A DNA stretch of 31,713 bases. It comes from Gemmatimonadales bacterium. Lineage in GTDB: Bacteria > Gemmatimonadota > Gemmatimonadetes > Gemmatimonadales > GWC2-71-9. This document shows, one piece after another, positions 23,796 through 31,713 of this stretch. The stretch is taken from NCBI GenBank assembly GCA_035472975.1, contig DATIOP010000022.1, positions 1 through 31,713 of the forward strand, written 5' to 3'. The notes under the pieces were generated by a model, which was not told where the DNA came from, ran no database searches, and saw nothing but the letters and a program-made list of their open reading frames with translations. A program made the translations under genes and the position numbers. Positions within the stretch are counted from its first letter, which is position 1, and every line of letters starts with the position of its first letter.

Positions 23796-25502
23796 CTAGC
23801 GGAAGTCTTTGGCCTCGAAACGGAGTCCCACGGTTCCTGAAGTCCGATCCGCTTCGGGCCCCAGGTTCTGGAAGGTGGCGCGAGTCCCCGCGGGGGTGTA
23901 GGCCTGGACGGTGCTGTTAAGGAACAGCGGCCAGTAGCCAACGTGAGCTCGGGTGGTGCCGGCGGGTATCGAGCAATTGCAGTCGGCCGCGCCCGCCAAC
24001 CCTGCATTGATCGTCACACCGACCGCACCCGAAGTCATATTGGTCACGAGCGGGGCGAACACCGGCATCGCTCCGGCGCCCGCATCGACCAACCGATTGA
24101 GCCGGCCGCGAGGCCTGGCCTCCGTGATCGTTCCCTGCACATCGACACCCATCGGCTTTCCCGACGCCGATTGAGGACGGACCAGGAACCACTGAGCCGC
24201 CAGTGGTCGTCCGCGGCGGATTCTGACCGACGAGATCTCACCGGGCGCAATCTTGTAGGTCGCGCCATCTACCACGAGGTTGATCGGCTCGATCAGTTGG
24301 TTCTCGACCGCGAGGACAGGGCCTCCGCGGGCAATCACCAGGAGCACCGCCACGCCAAGCAGCAGCACCAGGAGCAGGAGCGCCGGCCACCGCCGGCTGC
24401 TCTTAGCTGCGGGAGGCTTGCTGACGACCGTAGGGGCTCCTGCCGCCGGCCGTTCGTGGCTGGTGAGTAGTACGGTTGAGTCCTGATTCTGAATCTTCTT
24501 GGCAACCCGTTCGGCACTCACGGTGCCCTGCGGTCCGGTGTTCCGTCCGCTGTGGAGCGCTTCGGTCATGTCCTTTGCCGACTGGAAACGGTCGGCCGGA
24601 CGCTTGGCCATTGCCCGCACGATCACGTTGGACAGCCACATCGGAATCCGGGCGTTCTTGGTCGTGGCGATCGGCACCGGTTCGCTAAGGTGCTTGCCGA
24701 CGATTTCCTGGGACGATTCCCCTTCGTAGGGCGGGGTGCCAGTGACCATCTGGAAGAGCACCGCGCCCATCGCATAGAGATCGGACCGAGCGTCCACGTC
24801 GCCCTGCCCCAGCGCCTGCTCCGGGCTCATGTATTGCGGCGTCCCAACGACGAAACCGGTCTGGGTGAAGTGCGCCACCTCGCCATCCACCCTCTTGGCA
24901 ATCCCGAAGTCCACGAGTAGCGGGCGGCCGCTCGAGGCCTCGATCATCACGTTGTCGGGCTTGATGTCCCGGTGAACCAGGCCGCTCTCGTGAGCGTGGG
25001 ACAGGGCATCGAGCAATGGCCGGGTCAGGCCGAGAGCGCGATCAGAATCCAGCGCCCCGCGGGTTCGCAACAACTCGGCGAGGGACTGCCCCTCGACGAA
25101 CGGCATGGCGTAGTACACCAGCCCTTCGCCATCTCCCACGAAGTGAATGGCCAGAATGTTAGCGTGATTGAGCCGGGCAATCGCTCGCGCCTCGTGCTTG
25201 AAGCGGTCCAGCATGCCGGCGGACCATGCGATGTCCGGCTTGAGTACCTTGACCGCAAGCCGCCGCTGGAGATCCTTGTCCCAGACCTCATACACCTCAG
25301 CGAAGCCACCCTGCCCCAGCAGGCGACGGACCTCGTACTTCTGACCCAGCGCCCGGGCGAGGCGTTCCTGTACCGGCACGTCGGTCGCGAACGACGTCGC
25401 CGCTGCAGCCGCTCCAGGATGCCCCTTGCCACAGCCGGGACAGAAGTTGGCCGTCGCAGGGATAGGAGTGCGACAGGTAGGACAAGGTATTTCAGGGGGC
25501 AT
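23796..25502 (-). CDS. Hanks-type Ser/Thr protein kinase with N-terminal zinc ribbon, TM helix and extracellular domain
   Basis: CPTC...CPGC; GQGGFAEV, AVKVL, HRDIKPDN, DFGIA, GTPQYMSPE and DLYAMG; TM segment LLLLVLLLGVAVLLVI. Confidence 0.92.
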   Translation of the reverse strand: MPPEIPCPTCRTPIPATANFCPGCGKGHPGAAAAATSFATDVPVQERLARALGQKYEVRRLLGQGGFAEVYEVWDKDLQRRLAVKVLKPDIAWSAGMLDRFKHEARAIARLNHANILAIHFVGDGEGLVYYAMPFVEGQSLAELLRTRGALDSDRALGLTRPLLDALSHAHESGLVHRDIKPDNVMIEASSGRPLLVDFGIAKRVDGEVAHFTQTGFVVGTPQYMSPEQALGQGDVDARSDLYAMGAVLFQMVTGTPPYEGESSQEIVGKHLSEPVPIATTKNARIPMWLSNVIVRAMAKRPADRFQSAKDMTEALHSGRNTGPQGTVSAERVAKKIQNQDSTVLLTSHERPAAGAPTVVSKPPAAKSSRRWPALLLLVLLLGVAVLLVIARGGPVLAVENQLIEPINLVVDGATYKIAPGEISSVRIRRGRPLAAQWFLVRPQSASGKPMGVDVQGTITEARPRGRLNRLVDAGAGAMPVFAPLVTNMTSGAVGVTINAGLAGAADCNCSIPAGTTRAHVGYWPLFLNSTVQAYTPAGTRATFQNLGPEADRTSGTVGLRFEAKDFR

Positions 25503-25564
25503 AGATGGAATCTGGGGGTGGGCGCCGATCGGTGGTAGGGAGGGAGGCCTGCTGTCTCTCCCGA

Positions 25565-25592
25565 CGTCGCCTGTCGCCTGTCACCGGTCGCC
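25565..25592. repeat. Heptamer array (NGTCRCC x4)
   Basis: CGTCGCC TGTCGCC TGTCACC GGTCGCC, just downstream of an imperfect GGGAGGGA/TCTCTCCC hairpin (25538-25562). Confidence 0.7.
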
Positions 25593-25615
25593 TGTAATTT
25601 GGAACCACCTCTCCA

Positions 25616-26152
25616 GTGGCTCACGATATGACCGCAACGCGCCCGCACCGGATTACCCTCCGATTCCTCGCCGAGCCGATCCATGTGAACTTTGGCGGCA
25701 AGGTTCATGGCGGCGCCGTCATGAAATGGATCGACCAGGCAGGCTACAGCTGTGCCGTCGGGTGGACCGGGGACTACTGTGTGACCCAGTTTGTAGGCAG
25801 CATCTATTTCCTGCGGCCAATCCACGTGGGCGAGCTGGTAGAGATGCGGGCCCAGATTATCAGGACCGGCACCACGAGTCTGCACATCGCGGTGGATGTT
25901 TACGCCGGCGATCCAATGGGAACCACCATGCAGCGCGCGTCGCACTGCGTGATCGTCTTCGTGGCGCTGGATCCCCAGGGCAGACCAAAAGAGGTCCCCA
26001 AGTGGACACCAAGCTCGGCGGTGGATGGGGCGCTCGAGCAGTATGCCGTCCGGCTCCAGGAATTCCGCAAGCAACTCGATCAGGAAATGGAAGCTCGGCT
26101 CAAATGGCTCGATGAACAGCGGCCAGACAACCTCTCGCGGGTCCATGCCTGA
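25616..26152 (+). CDS. Hotdog-fold acyl-CoA thioesterase (YciA-like)
   Basis: NFGGKVHGGAVMKWIDQAG, FLRPIHVGELV and VFVALD; start is GTG 25616 or ATG 25628. Confidence 0.88.
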   Translation: MAHDMTATRPHRITLRFLAEPIHVNFGGKVHGGAVMKWIDQAGYSCAVGWTGDYCVTQFVGSIYFLRPIHVGELVEMRAQIIRTGTTSLHIAVDVYAGDPMGTTMQRASHCVIVFVALDPQGRPKEVPKWTPSSAVDGALEQYAVRLQEFRKQLDQEMEARLKWLDEQRPDNLSRVHA

Positions 26153-26765
26153 CCAGCGTCACGTGGGTGTGCTCGTCTTCGACGAGGCCGAGGTGCTCGA
26201 TGTGGCCGGACCGTTCGAGGTGTTCTCGATTGCGGGCCGCCGGAGCGGCATTCAACCGTTCAACGTGTCGCTCGTCGGAATCGGCAAGGGACCCGTCACC
26301 ATGCGGAGTGGGTTCATGGTGGAGCCCAAGTACACGATCCACACGGTTCCTCACATCGATGTGCTGCTGATCCCGGGGGGATATGGCACCCGGCGCGAGC
26401 TCGATAACCACGCCCTGCTGGGATGGATCAGAGGCCGCGCGGCCGAAGCCGAGTTGCTGCTCTCGGTGTGCACCGGGTCGCTCTTGCTCGCAAAAGCAGG
26501 ATTGCTCGACGGGCTCGCCGCCACCACTCATCATGGTGCGCTCAACCTCTTACAAGACCTTGCCCCCTCCACCAGGGTAGATGGCCGCGAGCGTTTCATC
26601 GATAACGGCAAGGTGATCACTGCAGCCGGAGTCTCGGCCGGAGTGGATATGGCGCTGCATGTGGTAGAGCGGCTCTTGGGCGAGGAGCTGGCGGTGGAAG
26701 CCGCCCACTACATGGAGTGGCATTGGGACCGAAGCGTGGACCAATTGACCGATCAGGGGGTCTAA
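26145..26765 (+). CDS. DJ-1/PfpI family protein (isonitrile hydratase-like)
   Basis: EVLDVAGPFEVF, LLIPGG, SVCTGS nucleophile, ATTH and TAAGVSAGVD; overlaps the thioesterase stop. Confidence 0.88.
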   Translation: MPDQRHVGVLVFDEAEVLDVAGPFEVFSIAGRRSGIQPFNVSLVGIGKGPVTMRSGFMVEPKYTIHTVPHIDVLLIPGGYGTRRELDNHALLGWIRGRAAEAELLLSVCTGSLLLAKAGLLDGLAATTHHGALNLLQDLAPSTRVDGRERFIDNGKVITAAGVSAGVDMALHVVERLLGEELAVEAAHYMEWHWDRSVDQLTDQGV

Positions 26766-26834
26766 CCGCTGTAACGCATTGCCACGCCATGATTTATTCG
26801 ATGGCCAACTGAACGTTGGCCTCCTGTGACCCCG

Positions 26835-26862
26835 AAACCGCACCGGCATCCGGTGCGGTTTT
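26835..26862 (+). terminator. Intrinsic terminator after the thioesterase-DJ-1 pair
   Basis: Perfect 12-bp stem AAACCGCACCGG-cat-CCGGTGCGGTTT followed by T-rich sequence. Confidence 0.75.
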
Positions 26863-26948
26863 GTCATTTGGACATTCAACAATTGTGGAAATATTCAATA
26901 AAAAGTGCATAAGTGTGAACGATATTTTGCAAAATCTGCACATCCTGC

Positions 26949-26977
26949 TTGACACTTTGTAAACCCAGCATTAGTCT
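26949..26977 (+). promoter_or_regulatory. sigma70 promoter of glnA
   Basis: TTGACA (26949-26954), 17 bp, TAGTCT (26972-26977) in an AT-rich island. Confidence 0.7.
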
Positions 26978-26983
26978 AACATC

Positions 26984-27156
26984 CAGGCGGCCGGAAGAGG
27001 TCACACCCCGAGATTTTCTCCGGAGACGTGGGACTTTTCATTCCCGCCCCCGACCTTCGCGTCGAGGTCACCACCCAACGATGCTGGCTGGGGCGAGCAT
27101 TTTTTTCTGTAGATCGGCGAACGATTCCGCGTACCCTCCACCTCTGGACGACATCC
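26984..27156 (+). promoter_or_regulatory. Long structured glnA 5' leader with a terminator-like element
   Basis: About 170 nt between the predicted TSS and ATG; hairpin ATGCT..AGCAT followed by a T-run (27081-27106); GACCT can pair with either of two AGGTC copies. Confidence 0.35.
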
Positions 27157-28617
27157 ATGGCCGCAACCACCAAACCCACAGCCGCCAAGCCTAGCTCGGC
27201 TGGCGAGCTGAAGCGCATCACCGACCTGATCAAAGAGCGCGGGATCAAGGTCATCGACGTCAAGTTCACCGACCTTCCAGGCACCTGGCAGCATTTCTCG
27301 ATTCCCGCGGAGTCGCTCGACGAGGACATGGTGAAGGACGGGCTGGGTTTCGACGGCTCCTCTATTCGCGGGTTCCAAGCGATCAACGAGAGCGACATGC
27401 TGCTCATCCCGGACCTCTCGACCGCGTTCGCGGATCCGGTGCTCGAGGTGCCCACGCTTTCGATCATCTGCGACATCTACGACCCGATCACGCTGGAGCC
27501 GTACTCGCGGGATCCGCGCTTCATCGCGTTCAAGGCTGAGGAGTACCTGAAGACCACTGGGATTGCGACGGCCTCCTACTGGGGGCCCGAAGCCGAGTTC
27601 TTCATCTTCAACTCGGTCCGGTTCGACCAGAACGCGCACGAGGGCTACTACCACATCGATTCGGATGAGGGGATCTGGAACTCCGGCCGGAATGGGACAC
27701 CCAATGCGGGCCACCGGCCGCGGCACAAGGAAGGCTATTTCCCGGTCCCGCCGGTGGATCGGCTGCAGGATGTTCGCAGCAAGATCATGCTGGCGCTCAT
27801 CGCGGCGGGCGTCCCGGTCGAGGTGCAGCACCACGAGGTGGGTACCGCCGGTCAGGCGGAAATCGACTTCCGCTTTGGCCCGCTGGTGCAGACCGCCGAC
27901 CGGCTGTTGACCTACAAGTACATCGTCAAGAACGTCTGCCACAACCTGGGCCTGACGGCGACGTTCATGCCCAAGCCGCTCTTCGGCGACAACGGCTCCG
28001 GGATGCATTGCCACCAGTCGCTCTGGAAGGACAGCACTCCCCTGTTCTTCGACAAGAAGGGCTACGCGCTCCTTTCCGACACGGCGCGCTGGTATATCGG
28101 CGGGCTTATCTCGCACGCGCCGGCGCTGCTCGGGCTCTGCGCTCCCACTACCAACAGCTATCGGCGGCTGGTGCCGGGTTTCGAGGCGCCGGTCAACCTG
28201 ATGTACTCACAGCGGAACCGTTCGGCGATCTGCCGGATCCCGACCTATTCCGACAACCCCAAGGCTCGGCGGGTCGAGTTCCGGGCGCCGGATCCCTCCT
28301 GCAATCCCTATCTCGCGTTCTCCGCGATGCTGATGGCCGGACTGGATGGGGTGAAGCGGAAGATCGAGCCGCCTCAGCCGATCGACGAAGATCTTTACGA
28401 GCTGCATGACGATCGGAAGGCGACCATCAAGACCGTTCCCGGCTCGCTCTCCGAAGCCCTAGACGCGCTGGAGAAGGATCACGCCTTCCTGCTCGAGGGC
28501 GATGTCTTCACGCCGGACGTGATCGATACCTGGATCTCGATGAAGCGGACGAAGGATGTGGCGCCTGTCTCACTGCGGCCGCATCCGTATGAGTTTTTCC
28601 TCTATTACGATGCGTGA
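27157..28617 (+). CDS. glnA: Glutamine synthetase type I (beta)
   Basis: FDGSSI, GPEAEFF, HHEVG, ATFMPKP...[29 protein letters not shown] and DLYEL (adenylylation Tyr). Confidence 0.97.
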   Translation: MAATTKPTAAKPSSAGELKRITDLIKERGIKVIDVKFTDLPGTWQHFSIPAESLDEDMVKDGLGFDGSSIRGFQAINESDMLLIPDLSTAFADPVLEVPTLSIICDIYDPITLEPYSRDPRFIAFKAEEYLKTTGIATASYWGPEAEFFIFNSVRFDQNAHEGYYHIDSDEGIWNSGRNGTPNAGHRPRHKEGYFPVPPVDRLQDVRSKIMLALIAAGVPVEVQHHEVGTAGQAEIDFRFGPLVQTADRLLTYKYIVKNVCHNLGLTATFMPKPLFGDNGSGMHCHQSLWKDSTPLFFDKKGYALLSDTARWYIGGLISHAPALLGLCAPTTNSYRRLVPGFEAPVNLMYSQRNRSAICRIPTYSDNPKARRVEFRAPDPSCNPYLAFSAMLMAGLDGVKRKIEPPQPIDEDLYELHDDRKATIKTVPGSLSEALDALEKDHAFLLEGDVFTPDVIDTWISMKRTKDVAPVSLRPHPYEFFLYYDA

Positions 28618-28625
28618 GGGGTTGG

Positions 28626-28753
28626 AGCTGTTAGCTGTTAGCGGTGAGCGGTCGGGCAAGGTGGCGTCAACGAGAAGCCGTAGGTCATAAGCGCAGAGCT
28701 CATGACCTACGGCTTTTGGCTAACAGCTAACAGCTAACAGCTAACCGCTGATC
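28626..28753. repeat. Inverted heptamer arms (GCTAACA) around a central hairpin
   Basis: TGTTAGC x2 plus GGTGAGC (28629-28649); GCTAACA x3 plus GCTAACC plus GCTGATC (28719-28753). Confidence 0.88.
28675..28717. terminator. Probable bidirectional terminator between glnA and glnK
   Basis: Perfect 14-bp stem AAGCCGTAGGTCAT / ATGACCTACGGCTT ending in TTTT. Confidence 0.78.
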
Positions 28754-28765
28754 TCTGGCGACTTC

Positions 28766-29128
28766 TCAGACCTCAACCGGAACAGCAGGCGTCACCGCCG
28801 CCTCATCCCGCTCGCCGGTCCGGATGCGATGCACCTGCTCGACGTCCAGGACGAACACCTTCCCATCTCCCACCTCTCCCGAGCGGGCGGAGCCGAGGAT
28901 GGCGCGGGTAGTGATGTCCACGAAGGAATCGGAAACGCCGATCTCCAGCCGGACCTTCTCCTGCAGACCCAATTTCACTGTCGTTCCACGGTAATTCTCC
29001 ACCCGCTCGGTCTCCCCGCCGTGTCCCATGACTCGGGAAACGGTCAGCCCACGGACCTCCGCGTGATAGAGCGCCTCCAGAACGTTGTTGAGACGATCGG
29101 GGCGGATGATGGCGATAATGAGTTTCAT
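28766..29128 (-). CDS. glnK: PII nitrogen regulatory protein (atypical T-loop)
   Basis: MKLIIAIIRP, GLTV, YRG, GEVGDGKVFV and RIRTGE; directly downstream of amtB. Confidence 0.93.
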   Translation of the reverse strand: MKLIIAIIRPDRLNNVLEALYHAEVRGLTVSRVMGHGGETERVENYRGTTVKLGLQEKVRLEIGVSDSFVDITTRAILGSARSGEVGDGKVFVLDVEQVHRIRTGERDEAAVTPAVPVEV

Positions 29129-29144
29129 GATTTGGCCTCGATGG

Positions 29145-30467
29145 TCAGCGTGCTGCAGGCTGAGGAGTGAGTTGGGGAGCCGGCACGGGGACCTCGACTT
29201 CGGGGAGCACCAGAATAGAGCCCTCGCCGCTACTGTAGGCCTCTTCCCCATGCTGGGTCACGTCCAGTCCCAGCCCCTCGAGCGGAGTCGCCACCCGGAG
29301 AGGAGCCACCAGGGCCAGCAGCTTCAGAATGACGAAGGTCATGGTGCCGGCATACGCCATCGATGCGAATGCGGCGATGGCCTGAATGCCCAGCTGTGAA
29401 GGATTGCCCCCGAGCAGTCCGTCGGTTCCACCCCACGCCTTGAGGGCGAACACCCCGGTGAGAAGCGCGCCGGTGAGGCCACCGATGCCGTGGCCGGCAA
29501 ACACGTCGAGCGAATCGTCGAGCCGGGTCCGGGAACGCAGCACGATGGCGAAGTAGCTCGGGAACGCCGCGATCGCACCGAGGGCCAAGGCACCCACGGG
29601 GCTCACAAATCCGGCGGCCGGCGTGATGGCCACGAGACCCACGACGATGCCTGTCGCCCCGCCCACTGCGGTCGCATGGCCAGTCCGGAAGGAGTCGAGG
29701 CCCACCCACACCATCAAGGTGGCCATCGGCGCCAGGAAAGTATTGACGAAGGCGAGTGCCGCCGAGCCGTTCGCGGCCAGCGCGCTTCCTCCGTTGAAAC
29801 CGAACCAGCCGAACCAGAGGAGGCCGGCGCCGAGCAGCGTGAAGGGCACGTTATGCGGGAGAATGGCTTGGCGGGCGTAGTCCTTCCGCGCCCCCAGCAC
29901 ACTTGCCGCGACGAGGGCCGAGATACCGGCGTTGATGTGCACGACGGTGCCTCCGGCGAAGTCCAGGACGCCCAGCTTGCCCAACCAGCCTCCGCCCCAG
30001 ACCCAGTGCGCCACAGGACCGTAAACGACGACGGTCCAGATGCAGAGGAACGCCACGTAGGGACCAAACCGCATCCGCTCGACAATGGCTCCCGAGATCA
30101 GGGCCGCAGTGATGATCGCGAAGGTTCCCTGGAACGCCATGAAGAGCACGTGAGGGATTGTCCCTTTGGGCTCGACGCCCACTCCGTTCAGAAAGGCGTT
30201 CTGGAAGGAGCCCAGGAATCCGCTGCCCTCGGCAAATGCCTCGCTGTAAGCGACGAGTGCCCAGGTGACTCCGACGGCGCCCAGGGCCACGAAGCTCATC
30301 ATCATCGTGTTGAGCGAGTTCTTGGAACGGACCAGGCCACCATAAAAGAAGGCAAGCGCGGGTGTCATCAGCAGCACGAGCGCGGTGGACGTCAGCATCC
30401 AGGCCGTGTCGGCCGGAACGATGGTTGGCTGCGCATCCTGCACCATGGCAAGCAACGGGAGAGTCAT
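29145..30467 (-). CDS. amtB: Ammonium transporter
   Basis: LMTPALAFFYGG, DFAGGTVVHINAG (His), LLWFGWFGFNGGS and DDSLDVFAGHGIGG (His). Confidence 0.96.
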   Translation of the reverse strand: MTLPLLAMVQDAQPTIVPADTAWMLTSTALVLLMTPALAFFYGGLVRSKNSLNTMMMSFVALGAVGVTWALVAYSEAFAEGSGFLGSFQNAFLNGVGVEPKGTIPHVLFMAFQGTFAIITAALISGAIVERMRFGPYVAFLCIWTVVVYGPVAHWVWGGGWLGKLGVLDFAGGTVVHINAGISALVAASVLGARKDYARQAILPHNVPFTLLGAGLLWFGWFGFNGGSALAANGSAALAFVNTFLAPMATLMVWVGLDSFRTGHATAVGGATGIVVGLVAITPAAGFVSPVGALALGAIAAFPSYFAIVLRSRTRLDDSLDVFAGHGIGGLTGALLTGVFALKAWGGTDGLLGGNPSQLGIQAIAAFASMAYAGTMTFVILKLLALVAPLRVATPLEGLGLDVTQHGEEAYSSGEGSILVLPEVEVPVPAPQLTPQPAAR

Positions 30468-30513
30468 GGCGGTGGGGCCTCGTAGGGTGGCGAGAGGGTC
30501 AATAACCGAGGGA

Positions 30514-30667
30514 CTGCATAATTAATACGGCTCGGGCGAGGGCCGCGCAAGGCCAGTGATCACGAAACCATGCACAAATCGCAGAGTAACGTGCACGATA
30601 GTGCAAATATACACTCACAACTGCATAATTCTGCCTATAATTCATGCTTCAATTGCAGAATTATCAG
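30514..30667. promoter_or_regulatory. AT-rich amtB/ilvD divergent control region with a TGCA array
   Basis: TGCA at 30515, 30571, 30592, 30602, 30622 and 30654; CTGCATAATT twice; near-perfect inverted repeat 30621-30634 / 30655-30667. Confidence 0.5.
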
Positions 30668-30772
30668 TTCACCATAACGTATGGCTGAGCGACTCGCCCG
30701 GGCCTGTCCAAGCGGGGTGGTGGTTCGTATGTTTATGCGGTTGAGTACTTTAGCTCCATGCTCCCAGGCCTC

Positions 30773-31713
30773 ATGACCGATCAATCCGAACCCCAGAACC
30801 GCCGCTCCCGCCTGATCACCCAGGGCGTCCAACGGTCCCCTAACCGCGCGATGCTCCGCGCCGTCGGATTCGGCGACGGCGACTTTGAGAAACCCATCGT
30901 CGGCATCGCGAATGGCTATAGCACGATCACGCCGTGCAATGCCGGGCTCAACGAGTTGGCGGACAGGGCGGACAAGGCGGTCAAGGCGGCGGGCGCAATG
31001 CCTCAGATGTTCGGCACCATCACCGTCTCGGACGGCATCTCGATGGGCACGGAGGGGATGAAATACTCGCTGGTCTCCCGTGAAGTCATCGCCGATGCGA
31101 TCGAGACCGCCTGTGGTGCCGAATCGATGGATGGGGTTGTGTGCGTCGGCGGCTGCGACAAAAACATGCCGGGCGCCATGATCGCGATGGCCCGGATGAA
31201 CATCCCGGGGATCTTCGTCTACGGCGGCACCATCAAGCCGGGACATCTCCACGGGCAGGATCTCACTGTCGTGAGCGCCTTCGAGGCAGTGGGTCAGCAC
31301 AGCGCGGGAAAAATCGGAGACCAGGAGCTGCTCGAGATCGAGCGGCACGCCTGTCCTGGCAAGGGCTCCTGCGGCGGAATGTTCACTGCCAATACCATGT
31401 CGTCGATCTTCGAGGCGATGGGGATGAGTCTCCCCTACTCATCGACCATGGCGGCGGAAGATGGCGAGAAGGCGGAGAGTGCGGCGGAATCGGGTCGCGT
31501 CCTGGTCGAGGCGATCAAGGCCCAGTTGCTGCCGCGCCAGATCCTCACCCGACAGGCGTTCGAAAACGGAATCGCTGTTTGCATGGCGCTGGGCGGCTCG
31601 ACCAACGCCGTACTGCACCTGCTCGCCATCGCTCACGCGGCGGAGGTCCCGCTCTCGCTCGACGATTTCGAGACGATTCGGGCGAGGGTGCCGGTGCTGT
31701 GCGACCTCAAGCC
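30773..31713 (+). CDS. ilvD: Dihydroxy-acid dehydratase, 3' end outside window
   Basis: Manual translation gives [54 protein letters not shown] and [14 protein letters not shown]; an alternative ATG lies at 30758. Confidence 0.95.
   Translation, partial: MTDQSEPQNRRSRLITQGVQRSPNRAMLRAVGFGDGDFEKPIVGIANGYSTITPCNAGLNELADRADKAVKAAGAMPQMFGTITVSDGISMGTEGMKYSLVSREVIADAIETACGAESMDGVVCVGGCDKNMPGAMIAMARMNIPGIFVYGGTIKPGHLHGQDLTVVSAFEAVGQHSAGKIGDQELLEIERHACPGKGSCGGMFTANTMSSIFEAMGMSLPYSSTMAAEDGEKAESAAESGRVLVEAIKAQLLPRQILTRQAFENGIAVCMALGGSTNAVLHLLAIAHAAEVPLSLDDFETIRARVPVLCDLK

Noticed and set aside
26883-26900. Rex-like box upstream of glnA (TTGTGGA-AATA-TTCAATA)
   Set aside because: Three mismatches in an AT-rich island, expected by chance.
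27001-28116. 371-aa minus-strand ORF and other ORFs antisense to glnA/amtB
   Set aside because: Shadow frames of unambiguous conserved genes.
8804-28753. Repeat arrays as CRISPR or IS ends
   Set aside because: Units are 7 bp with no unique spacers, and there are no cas or transposase genes or target-site duplications in the window.
30468-30720. Canonical NtrC/sigma54, NtcA, TnrA/GlnR or NrpR sites upstream of amtB
   Set aside because: No GG-N10-GC sigma54 element and no TGCAC-N7-GTGCA; only a partial TGC-N11-GCT at 30632-30648. The other consensus motifs were not matched.

Overview
GC-rich bacterial chromosomal window with about 30 protein-coding genes. I found no rRNA, tRNA, CRISPR array or mobile element. 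Gene style suggests Gemmatimonadota, but that is inference only. Left to right: (1) a truncated M6-family metalloprotease, divergent from (2) a translationally coupled 4-gene operon that reads as a bacterial ceramide pathway (Spt-like PLP enzyme, bCerS-like GNAT, CerR-like SDR) ending in an AUR1/IPC-synthase-like PAP2 membrane protein, the best candidate novel system here; (3) a plastocyanin-like lipoprotein, a 14-Cys YkgJ-like protein and an ECF sigma/ZAS anti-sigma pair; (4) a complete alternative complex III operon actABCDEF, whose ActB keeps the N-terminal FS0 cysteines and whose promoter has a near-consensus Rex-type operator, with a related box before the plastocyanin gene; (5) a minus-strand run of 3-hydroxyacid dehydrogenase, DUF6812-like protein, PilT with a duplicated N-domain, TrmJ-like methylase and DUF3788-like protein; (6) SMP-30 lipoprotein, dinB, Sel1-repeat protein, Ser/Thr kinase, thioesterase and DJ-1/PfpI; (7) nitrogen genes glnA and amtB-glnK (atypical PII) and a truncated ilvD. 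Five gene junctions carry heptamer arrays that differ in sequence but fit one GNNRACN consensus, and three of them form inverted arms. All calls come from motif recognition by eye; no database search or folding calculation was run.
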